Assembly: GCF_963921235.1 (NCBI RefSeq)
Contig: NC_086097.1
Span: forward strand, 243,600,001 to 243,664,000
DNA: 64,000 nucleotides
Direction of reading: 5' to 3'
Source: Mobula hypostoma
Lineage: Eukaryota
Made by a program: the position numbers and the translations under genes. This document shows positions 11,510-24,536 of this stretch, in pieces (the first letter of the stretch is position 1; the number at the start of each line of letters is the position of its first letter). The notes under the pieces are model-generated. The model made no database searches, was not told where the DNA came from, and worked only from the letters and a program-made list of their open reading frames with translations.

Positions 11510-14500
11510 TTTACTAGGTTGTAGATTAATTTTAAGTGCTTTAGAAACTGTTGAAAAAACTGACTTTCAGAACTGTTCCAATATAGAACACGACCAAAAC
11601 ATATGTGTCAGTGCAGCTATCTCAGTTTTACATCTATCACAATGACTATCAACATTAGGAAAGATTTTAGAAAGTCTCTCCTTCGTCAAATGATGACGAT
11701 GTACAATTTTAAATTTAATCAATGAATGGCTAGCACAAATTGAAGAAGAGTTAACCAACTTCAAAATCTGCATCCAATCCTCCGTCATTAAAGTCAAATT
11801 GAGTTCCTTTTCCCAATCCTGTTTAATCTTAGATAAAGGATGCTTATCCCATTGTATTAATAAATTATAAATTCTTCCAATAGAACCCTTGATCGAAGGA
11901 TTCATACTCATACTAGTATCTAACAGGTCAGCCTCCAATATGTAAGGAAAATTACATTAATATTTTTGTAAAAAAAGTCTAACTTGAAGGTATTGCAGAA
12001 AGTGTGAGTATGAAAGAGAATATTTATCAAGTAATAGTTCAAAAAACATCAATCTATCTTCTTTAAATAAATCCAAAAAATGAATTAATACCTTTATTTT
12101 TCCAAAATAAAAAAAAGGATCACTCAAAGAAGGCTTAAAAAAGTAATTTCGGTAAAATAACTATAAATTTAAAAATTTTTAATATTAAAAAAATTGCGGA
12201 ACTGGAGCCAAATTTGTAAAGAATACTTAATCACAGGATATAGGTTTAAATTAACAACTTCAGCTAATTGTATAGGTAAAGCAGCTCCCAAAAACGAGGT
12301 TAGGTAAAACAGTTTTACAACTTTCAGTTCCAGGTCTACCCAATTGGCCGATCACTCTTATCAACCTAATATAACCAAAAAGCACATTAACAGCCCAATA
12401 GTACATTCTTAGATTAGGCAAAGCAAGACCGCCATTCTGTTTCAATTTTTGTAAGTGGCATTTACTAATTCTTGGTCTTTTATTATTCCAAATAAAAGAT
12501 AAAATAATAGAATCAATCCGATCAAAAAACTTCCTAGTCAAAAAAAGGGGATATTCTGAAATAAATATAACAATTTTGGTAAAATTATCATTTTAACTAT
12601 ATGAATATGACCAACAAGTGAAAATGTAAGTGAACTCCATCTACTAAATAAATACATAGAGTCTACTAAAGGAACAAAGTTGGCTTTATAAACATCCTTA
12701 TATTTTTCAGTAATTATAACACCTAAATATCTAAAAGAATCCGTGACTTTAAAAGGAGTATTATCGTATATAGAGACAGAATAATTTAAAGGAAACAATT
12801 CACTTTTACTAAAATTTATTTAATATCCTGAAAAATCTCCAAATTCATTAAATAGTTTTAGCTAGGCAGGAATAGATTTGTCAGGATTAGATCTATAAAA
12901 CAAATAAATCGTCAGCGTAAAGAGAGATCTTATGCATGGTCTCATTCACAAAAATCCCATGTATATTTTTAGCCTCACGAAGAGCAGTAGCAAGGGGTTC
13001 TAATATTAAATTAACCAGAAAGGACTTAATGGACAGCCTTGCCTTGTCCCCCATGAAAGCTGAAAAAAGGAGGCCTACAATTGTTCGTTACAACAGTAGC
13101 AATAGGGGATTTATATATCATTTTAATCCAATTATTAAAATTAGCACCAAAGCCAAATTCCTCTAAAACATTAAATAAATATTTCCATTCGACTCCATCG
13201 AACGCTTTTTCAGCATCCAAAGATACAACACATTGTGGAATTTTAAGAGGACGAATATATAAAGTTAAATAGTCTCCAAACACTCGAAAAAGAATAGTGA
13301 CCCTTTATAAAGCCTGTTTGATCTTTAAAAATAACTTTACCCAAAATATTCTCCAACCGATTGGCCATTACCTTTGACAGAATCTTAGCATCAACATTCA
13401 GTAATGAAATAGGTCTATATGAAGCACAGTCAGTAGGATATTTATCTTTTTTAAGAATTAAACAAATAGAAACCTCATAAAAAGTGGAGGGTAAGTCACC
13501 GTTCACAAAAGAATCCTTAAACATTTTCAACATATACGGAGAAAGCGACTTTCCAAATTCTTTATAAAATTCTACAGGATAACCATCAAGTCCCAGGGAC
13601 TTAACAGATTGCATTGAAAAAATGGCTTTATGAATTTTGGCTTCAGTGATTTGAGCATCAAGAACTTTTTTGATCCTCAGCCGAGATTTTAGGAAAAACA
13701 ATCTTTCGTTTAAAAAAAAGCATTCATTTCAGAGGAATCTAACGAACATTGCAATTTATAGAGTTCAGCATAAATATCTTGAAACATCTTATTAATCTCT
13801 TCATATTCCTGAGCCAAGGTACCATCTTTCCTACGAATTTTCATGATTTGCCTTTTGACTGCAGCCATTTTTAATTGAGATGCAAGCAGTTTATTATTTT
13901 TATCTCCAAACATATAAAATTGTCTCTTTAACTTAAGCAAATAGCCTTCAATGTGATAAGTTAATAACAGGTTATATTGTGTTTGAAGTTCCACCCTTTG
14001 TTTAAATAAATCAATATTGGGGGAAATTGCATAGATATTATCTAAATCTTTAATCTGTTTTGAAATTCTATCTAATTCTGCTTTAGTCTGTTTTTTAAGT
14101 TAGCTGAATAAGAAATAATCTGACAATGTAAAAATGCTTTAAATGTATCCCATATAATTAATTTAAACATATCCCCTATATCATTAAAAAGAAAAAAATC
14201 TTTTATCTGCGTTTCAATGAAACTGACAAAGTCAGAGTTTTGCAATAATGTCTGAGACATGCACTATGGTGGGTGGGCAAGAATGATATCGTCAAATTCA
14301 AAAGACAAACTCAGAGGCGCATTATCAGATATAGCAATAGCGGCATATTCACAATTTTTAACACTAGGCAAGAAGCGGGGATTGATTATAATATAATCGA
14401 TCCTCAATTATTTTTTATAAACATGTGAGAAGAAAGAATACTCTCTGTTATCGGGATGGAGATACCTCCACAAATCAATCAACCCAAAAATCTATCAAAA

Positions 14501-16800
14501 AAGAATTAATAAATGACGCGGAACAATTTGGAAGTTGCTAATTGGTTGAGCTCTTATCAATCATAGGATTTAGGCAGCAGTTAAAACCCTCGCCCATTCT
14601 CAGCATATATTCATTTAAATCAGGCAGTAAAGCAAATACCTTTTTTTAAAAAAGAAGGATCATCTAAGTTAGGACCATACAAATTAACCAAAACAACTTT
14701 TCTGTTACAGATCGTTTCTTTAACAATTCTAAATCTACCATTAGAATCTGATTTAATATCCTCTTGAATAAATATATTAGATTTAATAAAAATAGACACG
14801 CCTTTTGTTTTATTCTGAGAAGTAGAGTGAAATTGTAAACCATTCCACCATCCAAAAAATCTATTTTGATCTCCCGCCCTGTTATGTGTCTCTTGAGCAA
14901 AAATTATATCAGGTTAGAATCGGTTAATAATTTTCAAAGTCTTTTTTCGTTTAATAGGATGATTCCAACCACGTACATTCCAATTTATTATATTAATCCG
15001 TTTAAATACCAGACTATAATTTTATTCTACTTTATATATGCGCAGAGCACATACCAATACAGGATGATCAAAAATGGCGGTGATGAAGAATACAACCAGA
15101 TAGAAAATACGCATGCTCCAGAACCACTCAATGGGAGAAAGCCCCCAACTCTAATCCCACCCCCTTCCCGAAAACCCAAGAAAAAGGCAAGCAATCTATG
15201 ATAGCGTTCAAAGCCACTGACCGCTCCGTCTGTATTTTCTTTCCCTCCCCCCAGTTAGTAAAAAGAGTAGAGTGACCTTGTAAAAAAGACAATAAAATCT
15301 CAGCAAAGAAAAGCATTTACATTCCATCATCTAATAAACAAGAAAGAACCAAAATAATGTTATCTCTTAGAGAGAAAAACCAGCGCCATCTTTAAGTTTA
15401 ACATTAACACCCTAAAAAACTTCAAATTCAATTATAAAATGTTATAATAAAACAGAAAAAATTAATAGTATATTTGACCCAGCTAATAATGTCATAAGTA
15501 ATTAAATCCTCCTAAATATTATATACTGTATATATATATATAAAGCCCCATTAGTAGGAAAAATGTACCAATTAGCTGATTAAAAAAAGAAACAAAAAAA
15601 AACTCAAACCAAGTATTAAATTAAAGGAACAAATCCCCTTATCTTCTTTTCTCAGTCGAATGTTCAGATGATCATTTAGACAATCATACTTGAGCCATAA
15701 ATCTTCTTTCCAACAGAAAACCAACAATATGCAATAATGAACAACTCTCCTTGTCTTCTTTAATTAGTCTCTCAATGAAATATACAAATGACCTTGATAA
15801 ATCTTCTTTCCATAATGCGAACAACCTTTCAGATAGTTCATTCAGCAGCGGCGTCAGTAACAGCGGCGGGTGTAGCCTGAACAAAGTCCAGTGCAGCTTT
15901 TGGATCAAAGAAAGTACGAGGAGGAGAATTAGGTGGAAAAACTTTAATTCTTGTCGGATACCTCAGTGAAGGAGACAGTTTTTTTCAAATCATATTCCTG
16001 TTTCATTACCAGGGCAAATTTTGATCTTTGTTCCATTATCTCTCTCTGGTAATCTTCATAAAAACGGAGTTCAGACTCCATAAATCTAAAAACGCTCTGT
16101 TTTCTTGCCTGTCGCATTATTTGATCTTTAATTTTAAAGTGATGAAAGCAAACCAGAACAGATCTTGGTTTACTAGAATCCTTCAATTTCGAAGTAAACG
16201 CCCTGTATGCCCTTTCTGTAGCAGGCCGCTTTGATAGAATGGTAGCAAATAAAGTGTGGAAAAGGTTACCAAAGTAAGCAGTTAAATCTCCATCTTCAGC
16301 TCCTTCTTGCAGCCCAACAATTCGTATATTCATTCGTTGAGACCTAGTTTCCAGGTCTATAATCTTATTTGGATATCTTTCCAAACGAGTTGTAGCTTCA
16401 GACAATTTTTGCTTAGCTATCTTCAACTCCTCTTCATGTGTAATAACTTGAGTTTCCAGGTCTTTAAGTTTTCCCAGAAATGACTTCATTTCATTGCTAT
16501 TCTTTTCCAGTTGGTCTTTAATTGACCCATTCTGATCCTTAATTAAATTCAGTGTCAGAACGATATCTTCAGCCCACGATGGCATTTCATCAGATCTTTC
16601 CTTTTGCACCTTTCCTTTCCCATTACCTTTAGCACTGGGTTCAGCTAAATTCTTCCCACTCCTCGTAGACATAGACATACTGTTCCCCTTCAAGAATCAG
16701 CAAATAAAAACTTTAAATTCAAAGTTTAAATTGGGGGAGAGAAAGAAAACTAAGAGCAGCACAAAATTACTGCCACTCCATTTGCAGACAAGGGCAGTCC
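11510..16800 (-). mobile_element. Near full-length decayed L1-clade LINE (ORF1 + APE/RT/C-terminal Cys motif)
   Basis: ORF1 15944-16693; SYRPISLLNVDAKILSK, VSLDAEKAFDGVEW, YADD near 12905-12920, CDRCKTEIAALTHMFWSC; many stops/frameshifts. Confidence 0.9.
15944..16693 (-). pseudogene. L1-type ORF1p (coiled coil + RRM-like domain), probably frameshifted near the C-terminus
   Basis: DLETRSQRMNIRIVGLQEGAE, RAYRA, PRSVLVCF, LRFYEDY motifs. Confidence 0.8.
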
Positions 16801-18030
16801 TCGGTGCCTCTACTTTTGTCTGTCCTCTAAAGCTTTGACAAACTTCTAGGGATGCACAATGGGAAGTATTTTAACTGGTTCCATCACACGTGGTATAGAA
16901 ACCCCGATGCCCATGAACAGAAAAGCCTATCAAAATTAGTGGATCACAGGAAAAGCCCTTCCCACCACTGAACACAAAGGTCGAAAATCAGAGTTGCAGA
17001 AAGACTTGGGAGTCCTCAGGCGGGGTTCCCTGAAGGTTGAGTCGGCGGGGAGGAATGCAAATGCAATGTTAGCGTTCATCTCGAGGAGATTAAAATATAA
17101 AAGCAACAATGTAATGCTGAGGTTTATAAGGTGATGGTCAGACCACATTTGAAGTATTGTAAGCAGTTTTGGGCTGCTTTTCTATGTGCTGGCATTGGGG
17201 AGGGTCGAGAAGAGGTTCACAGGAATGATTCTGGGAATGAACATATAAGAAGAATTTGATGGCTCTGGGCCTGTACTCACTGGAGTGTAGAAGGATGACG
17301 GGGGATCTTTTTGAAACTTACTGAATTTTGAAAAACCTGGGAAGAATGGCTGTGGAGTGGATGTTTCCCCAGTGGCAGAGTCTAGGACAGCCTCTAGACT
17401 GGTATCCATTTAAAGCAAAGATGAGGAGGAATTTCTTGAGCCAGAGGGTAGACAATCTGTGGAATTCATTACAACAGACAGCCGTGGAGACCAAGATGTT
17501 GGAAATATTGTAAGTGGAGATTGATAGGTTCCGGATTAGTAAGGGTGTCAAAGGTTACAGGGAGAAGGCAGAAGAAAGGGGTCAAGAAGGATAATAAGTC
17601 AACCATGGTGGAATGGTAGAGCAGATTCGATGGGCCAAATGGCCCAATTCTGTCTCTTTGTCATATGATCTTATGATCATATTTACATGGGTGCTGCCAC
17701 AAGAAAGACACATCAATAATCAAGGCCAGCATCCCCCAGCATCCAGGCCATTCTCTCTGCTCACTACCACTATCTGCCAGGAGATACAGAAGCCTTAGGG
17801 CCCACGCTACCAGGTTCAGGAACAACCGTCAGGCTCCTGAATCTGCTTGGATACCTTCGCTCACCACTACTCTGAACTACAGACTCACTCTCCAGGACTT
17901 GACAACTCTTTTTCTCATTATCTACCTATCTATCTATTTATTTATTATTTGAGTTTTTTTTGCATTGGCACAGTTTTAATCTTTTACATGTTGTTTGTCT
18001 TTTTTTTTAATATGGAGTTTTTCAAAAATT
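16800..18030 (+). mobile_element. Rex1/Babar-like LINE 3' fragment interrupted by a CR1 3' fragment (~16978-17677)
   Basis: cttcccaccactgaacac...atatttacatg rejoin across the CR1 piece; ttctctctgctcactaccactatctgccaggagatacaga (FSLLPSGRRY-like) follows. Confidence 0.65.
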
Positions 18031-18039
18031 CAATTGTAT

Positions 18040-19880
18040 CAGAGTGAGAATCAGATTTAATATTACTGGCATATGTTGTGAAAATTGTCTTGCGACAGCA
18101 GTACATTGAATAATAATAAAAACTATAAATTGCAATAAGAAGTATATATAAAAATTAATTAGAGAGTGCAAAAAGAAAGGGACAAATACTGAGGAAGTGT
18201 CCACGGGTTCATTGCCCATTCAGAAGTCTGATGGCAGAGGGGAAGAAGTTGTTCCTGAAACATTGAGTGTGTGTCTTCAGGCTCCTGTATCTGATCCCTG
18301 GTGGTAGCAACGAGAAGAGGACTTGTCCTGGGTGATGGGGGGATGGGGGTCCTTAATGATGGATGTTGACTTTTTCAGTCATTGCCTTTTGAAGGTATCC
18401 TGGGCGCTGAGGAGACGAGTGCCTACGATGGAACTGCCTGAGTTTACAACTTCCTGCAGCTTATTTCCATCTGCACAGTGGCCCCTCCACATCAGACGGA
18501 GATACAACCAGTTAGAATCCTCTCCACAGTACATCTGCAGAAATTTGCGAGTGCCTTTGGTGACAGACCATTTCTGCTAAAACTCCTGATGAGATCTAGA
18601 CTTCTCGGAAACTGCATCAATATTTTATTTTTTTTTAACTAATACAGTGCAAAGTAGGCCATTCTGGCCTTCGAGCTGCACCATCCAGCAACCCTCAAGT
18701 TAACCCTAGCCCAATCGTGGGACAGTTTACAATGACCAAATAACCTACCAAATGATACATCTTTAGACTGTGGGAGGACACTGGAGCACCCAGAGGAAAC
18801 TCTCGCTGTCACGGGGAGAACATACAAACTCCTTACAGGCAACGGAGGGAGTATGTTGGGCCCAGAGATGTCAACACCCAGGAACTTGGAATTTCTCACC
18901 CTTTCCACTTCTGATCCCTCGATGGTGCCTGATGATGGTGCTCCCTCAACTTATCCTTCCTGAAGTCCACAATTAATTCCATGGTCTTACTGACGTCGTG
19001 CAAGGTGGTTGCTGTGATATCACTCAACCAGCTGATCTATTTCACTCCTCTACACCACCTCATCACCATCTGAAACTCGGCCAACAATAGTGCGCCACCA
19101 GCAAATTTACAGATGGTACTTGAGCTGTGCCTATCCACGTAGTCATAGGTGTAGCGAGATTAGAGCAGTGGGCTGATCATGTATCCTGGAGGTGCACCAG
19201 CGCTGATTGTCAGCAAGGAGGAGATGTTATTTCCAACCTGCACTGGCTGTGGTCTCCCAGTGAGGAAAGCAAGAATCCAATTGCAAAGGGAGGTACAGGA
19301 GCCCCGGCTTTGGAGCTTTTTGATTAGAACTCGGGGTATGGTTGTGTTGAACGTTGCGCTCGAGTCAATAAACAGCAGCCTGACATAAGTACTAATATTG
19401 TCCAGGTGACCCAAAGGCCGTGTGGATCATCACGGTAAATGTGAGTACCACTGGGTGATAGTCATTGGGACAGCTCACCCTACTCCTCTTGGGCACTGGT
19501 GTGATTGTCATCCTTCTGAAGAAGGTGGGAATCTCTGACTGCAGCAGTGAGGGATTGAAGATGTCCTTGAACAGTCCTGCCAGTCGGACAGCACAGGTTT
19601 TCAGAGCCCTACCCACCACCATCGGGGCCTGTCACCCTGCGAGGGTTAACCCTCTTGAAAGATGTTCTCTGAGAGAGAGGTCAAATTGTCACCAGATGCT
19701 GCAGGGATTTGCACAGGTGTCGTTTTATTCACCCTTTCAAAGCGAGCATAAAAGGCGCTGAGGTCATCTGGGAGTGAAGCTTCACAGCCATTCATGATAT
19801 TAGGTTTCAATTTGCTGGAAGTAATGGCCTGCAAACCCTGCCAGAGCTGACGTCCATCTTTAACCTCAATCGTAATCGTT
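18040..19880 (-). mobile_element. Rex1/Babar-like LINE (RT region and 3'UTR), decayed
   Basis: LAGLFKDIFNPSLLQSEIPTFF...[51 protein letters not shown]. Confidence 0.8.
18620..18850 (-). mobile_element. V-domain SINE fragment nested in the Rex-like LINE
   Basis: Reverse complement ggagtttgtatgttctccccgtg...tttcctctgggtgctccagt...ctcccacagtctaaagatg resembles the V-SINE central domain. Confidence 0.7.
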
Positions 19881-20779
19881 TATTCGCTCTTAAGATAACT
19901 TCTGTCGGTCTTATACAGTTCTGGAACTTGTGTAGGTTGTACTTGGACTCCTTGTATAGGTTTTCTATGTTTCTATTTCCATGTTTTTCTTTATTTTCCT
20001 ATGAATGCCCGAAAGAAAATGAATCTCAAGATAGTATACTGTGACATATGTGCACTCTGATAATAAGTTTACTTTGACCCGAAACTGTGAATCTATCTGA
20101 ATGGCGAGGCGTGACAGAACAGACCTGACCCTGATGTAACAGCGACCTCTAGTGATGGCAGTGATGAGCTGCAGCCGTGCCTCGACAGGTCCCAACAAAG
20201 ATCTGACCTGGGAAACTCTGTGAAAATGGACACGAATCCCTTGGAAAAGGAAGAGTGTTTTCTCACAAGTCTGCCAAACCTGAGGGATTTGATAGATGGT
20301 GTCAAGAGGTCCCATGTCCTAAAGAAGAAAACGCATGAGACTGCAGACGCTCAGATTTCAGATTCAGATTTATTTATCACAGGTAGATGAAAACATGCAG
20401 TGAAATGTGCCATTTATGCTAACAGCCAACATACCCTAGTGTGAGCTGGGGACACACCACAACTGACATTCCAGCGCCAACACAGCAATCCCATAATGCT
20501 GGGCAGAGCAGCACAGATCATGGCAAATGATAAAGCAACAACAGCAAGTCCTTTCCATCGACTCACCAACCCACCCATGCACACACACAGTCCTCTAGCC
20601 CTAGGACAAGCCGTCTCCCAGTGGACTCATGGACTCACGGACATGGGGCCCCATCTGCACCAGCGGACTCACGAAGTTTCACAGACTTGGGGCTCCGGCT
20701 TTGACTGTTTGACTTCTGAATTCCCGATCAACTTTTGAGGTACAATATGGACTTCAGATTGACCTACGGGCTTCGATTT

Positions 20780-21075
20780 TTTTTTCTCTTCTTTTTCCCC
20801 ACCCCTTTCCCTCTCTTTCTATTCCCACCTCTGGCCTCTTCTCCTCACCTGTCTATTACCTCCCCTAGTGCCTGTGTTTCTTCACTTTCTCCTATTGTCC
20901 ACTCTCCTCTCCCACCAGATTCCTTCTTCTCCAACCCTTTACCTCTCCCACCCACCCGGCTTCACCTATCACCCTCTAGCTTCCTTTCCTGTCCTGATGA
21001 AGGGTCTCGGCCCAAAACATTGACTGTTGGTTCATGTTCATGGATGCTGCCTGACCTGCAGAGTTCCTCCAGCAC

Positions 21076-21106
<31 letters not shown>

Positions 21107-21110
21107 TGCA
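20780..21110 (+). mobile_element. PLE 3' terminus with degenerate HHR (20990-21026) and a (TG)n expansion (21076-21100)
   Basis: gtcctgatgaagggtctcggcccaaaacattgactg; GAAAC-GUC decayed to AAAAC-AUU, consistent with CpG decay. Confidence 0.7.
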
Positions 21111-21486
21111 TAGGAAGAAAGCGTTTGCAGAGGAGATTCACTGAGATTTTTTTTTGGTGCAGACTATTTCAATTGTGAGAGGAGCCTGGATAGGCTGAGT
21201 TTGTTTTCCTTGAAGCGGAGGAAGGTGAGCTTGGATCTGAAAGAAGTACAGGAGATTGAGGGGCACAGGAGGTAACATAGCAAGAAACCTCCCTGCGGCA
21301 GACGTGTCTGTATCTAAGGGAGGAGATTGGCGGGGGGGGGCGCGGTATGGGTTAAGAAGAAAAGCTATTTTTTCCACACAGAGAGAGTGGCTGGAATCTG
21401 GATCCATTGTCTGAGTTGGTAACAGTGTCTAGATATCCAGCACCTGCTAAATCCAAATCAGGTTTACCATCACTGACGTATGTCAT

Positions 21487-21625
21487 TGGGGTCAAAGCAA
21501 CACTCACAACACGCTGGAGGGACTCAGCAGGTCGGGCAGCATCAGTGGAAAAGATCGGTCGATGTGTCGGGCCGGAACCCTTCGTCAAGACTGTAGGAGG
21601 AAGGGGCAGAGGCCCTATAAAGAAT
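21487..21625 (-). mobile_element. PLE terminus (subfamily of 38033-38228) with degenerate HHR (21556-21593)
   Basis: Reverse complement cagtcttgacgaagggttccggcccgacacatcgaccg followed by ...gatgctgcccgacctgctgagt. Confidence 0.7.
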
Positions 21626-21991
21626 TTTTTGATTTTTTTTGTGTTTACTATCACTGGCATATGTCGTGAAATTTGTTAACTACGCGGCAGCGGTACGTTA
21701 CAATAGATGATCATAAACTGTGAATTTCAGGATGCATCTATATATATTAAATAGTTAAATAAGTAGAGTGAAAATAGAAATAAAAAAGTCGTGAGATAGT
21801 GTTCGTCGTTTACTGTCCATTCAGAAGTCTGATGGCAGAGGGGAAGAAGCTGTTCCTGAATCATTGAGTGTGTGTCTTCAGGCTCCTGATGGTATCAATG
21901 AGAAGAGGGCATGTTCTGGGTGGTAGGAGTCCTTAATGAAGGATGCCGCTTTTTTGAAGCACTGCTCCTGGATGCTGGAGAGGCTTTTTTT

Positions 21992-22903
21992 TAGAATAGT
22001 ACAGCACATTACAGGCCTTTCAGTCCACGAAGTTGTGCCGACCCTCAAACCCTGCCTCCCATATAAGCCCCCACCTTAAATTCCTCCATATACCTGTCCA
22101 GTAGTCTCTTAAATTTCACTAGTGTATCTGCCTCCACCATTGACTCAGGCAGTGCATTCCACGCACCAACCACTCTCTGAGTCAAAAACCTTCCTCTAAT
22201 ATCCCCCTTGAACTTCCCACCCCTTACCTTAAAGCCATGTCCTCTTGTATTGAGCAGTGGTGCCCTGGGGAAGAGGCGCTGGCTATCCACTCTATCTATT
22301 CCTCTTAATATCTTGTACACCTCTATCATATCTCCTCTCATCCTCCTTCTCTCCAAAGAGTAAAACCCTAGCTCCCTTAATCTCTGATCATAATCCATAC
22401 TCTGCAAACCAGGCAGCATCCTGGTAAATCTCCTCTGTACCCTTTCCAATGCTTCCACATCCTTCCTATAGTGAGGTGACCAGAACTGGACACAGTACTC
22501 CAAGTGTGGCCTAACCAGAGTTTTATTGAGCTGTATCATTACATCACGACTGTTAAACTCTATCCCTCGATTTATGAAAGCTAACACCCAATAAGCTTTC
22601 TTAACTACCCTATCCACCTGTGAGGCAACTTTCAGGGATCTGTGGACATGTACCCCCAGATCCCTCTGCTCCTCCACACTACCAAGTATCCTGCTATTTA
22701 TTTTGTACTCTGCCTTGGAGTTTGTCCTTCCAAAGTGTACCACCTCACATTTCTCCAGGTTGAACTCCATCTGCCACTTCTCAGCCCACTTCTGCATCCT
22801 ATCAATGTCTCTCTGCAATCTTTGACAATCCTCTACACTATCTACAACACCACCAACCTTTGTGTCGTCTGCAAACTTGCCAACCCACCCCACTACCCCC
22901 ACA
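21992..22903 (-). mobile_element. Young 5'-truncated CR1 (open ORF2 C-terminus) inserted into a Rex-like 3' end (21640-22965)
   Basis: ORF 22045-22953 is uninterrupted from KFADDTKVGG to the end; its first ~16 aa come from the flanking Rex-like element. Confidence 0.9.
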
Positions 22904-23341
22904 TCCAGGTTGGTGCCCATGATGGAGCTGACTGAGTTCACAACTTTCTGCATCTCATTTGGATCCTGCGTTTAACAGACACAGGCATTCTCAGCAGGTT
23001 AAACAAATATCTAGACATGTACATGAATTTCCACGGCCTGGAAGTCTATGGTCCAAATGCGGAAAATGGATCTAGTATAGATGGGGACTTAACGGTTCGC
23101 TTCATCATGGTGGGTTGAAGGTGTGTTTTTGTGCTGTTGCGCTCTGACTTCACAGAGCATGAAAAAATATATTGCAAGTAATATAACCTCACTGTGGTCT
23201 GCGAGGCTGCTTTACTGCTTTACTGCCTCTGCAAAGGGTAAAGAATTCAATTGGTGACAAAGGAGACCAGAAGAAGTGAACTAGAGACAAGAGTCTGCAG
23301 AGGCTGGAAATGTTATGTAGAACAAGCAAGCACTTCTAAAG

Positions 23342-23580
23342 GCAAACAACAGGAATTCTGCAGATGCTGGAAATTCAAGCAACACACATCAAAGTTGCTG
23401 GTGAACGCAGCAGGCCAGGCAGCATCTCTAGGAAGAGGTGCAGTCGACGTTTCAGGCCGAGACCCTTTGTCAGGGATTCAGTTAGTCCTGACGAAGGGTC
23501 TCGGCCCGAAACGTCGACTGCACCTCTTCCTACAGATGCTGCCTGGCCTGCTGCGTTCACCAGCAACTTTGATGTGTGTT
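23342..23580. mobile_element. Fold-back PLE-terminus element with HHR motifs on both strands
   Basis: ~100-bp inverted arms around ~23478; 16-bp TSD GCAAGCACTTCTAAAG at 23326-23341 and 23581-23596. Confidence 0.9.
23483..23520 (+). ncRNA. Minimal type-I hammerhead ribozyme motif (intact)
   Basis: UAGUC-CUGACGA-A-GGGU CUCG GCCC-GAAAC-GUC^GACUG; the minus-strand partner (23441-23478) has G8A and a damaged stem I. Confidence 0.8.
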
Positions 23581-23638
23581 GCAAGCACTTCTAAAGAGCT
23601 GGTCTCCACCTCACTTCCAGCCATGTGAATGCACTATT

Positions 23639-23657
23639 CTGCCACCAGATGGCACCC
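23639..23657 (+). promoter_or_regulatory. Candidate CTCF-binding site
   Basis: CTGCCACCAGATGGCACCC resembles the CTCF core CCACCAG(G/A)(G/T)GGC(G/A)C; lies outside recognisable repeats. Confidence 0.4.
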
Positions 23658-24536
23658 TGGTTCCATAAACTGGTACCCAAGCTGACTGGATTTAAAGCAT
23701 CTCTCACATACACACACAAAATCACCTAGATCACAAGGAGCAGCTCAGAATTCCAAAACACTATAATTATCAGGATCAAAATCAAGATTCAATTTTATTT
23801 ATCACATGTATACTGGAACATAGAGTGAAATACATCCTTTGTGTTAACAACCAGCACACCTAAAGATATACTGGGGCCAGCTTGCAAATATTGCCACACA
23901 TTCTGGGGATGGCAGAACATGCCCACAATGCTCTGCAGAGCAACACAGAACACAACAAAACAAATCACAACAAACAACAAAACATCAACAGCAAAACCAG
24001 CCCCGTTCCTCCCTCCTGTCCACGCATGGTCCGTCTTCTCCAGTCCCCAGCCCCGGATTCAGACTCTGACCTGGACACAGACAAGCAGACGTTGGGCCTT
24101 TGACTTGCCCGGTGGGCTCACAGAAATCTGCAGATCCGGGGGCTCTGGTCAATGGGCCTCAGCTTCCAACTTGCCCTCAGGCCTTTTTCCTCTGTATCGG
24201 CCCAAGACTCACCGATTGGCAAACACCAGGCCTCAGGCTCTGGTCTCAGAGAGTCATAGAGAAGTACAGCACCGAAACTGGCCCTTCAGACCATCTAGTC
24301 CATGCCAAAACCATTTAAACTCAACAACTTAAGAATCAATTACAACACTGAACTAGAACTGGTTTATTATCACAAGTACAAAATGCAAGGAAAAACTTCA
24401 TTTTACAGTATATGTCAGGCACATATATATAGCTAGGCCTCAATCTTAGGCTTACATATGACTGATATTTTTGCATAGTATTGTAGTAATTTAATGTATT
24501 GCCCAGTACTGCTGCAACAATAACAATTTTCATGAC

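Noticed and set aside
20990..21026. Active hammerhead (also 21556-21593, ~36590-36625, ~40323-40356)
   Set aside because: Catalytic-core substitutions; recorded only as decayed motifs
23342..23580. DNA-transposon MITE interpretation of the palindromes
   Set aside because: Arms match a PLE 3' terminus (7729-8350), are asymmetric with a tail, and have variable 14-16 bp TSDs, unlike DDE-transposon MITEs
23364..23594. Recurring short ORFs such as QHTSKLLVNAAGQAAS (also 56216-56625)
   Set aside because: Translations of the non-coding palindromic PLE termini, so they recur on both strands
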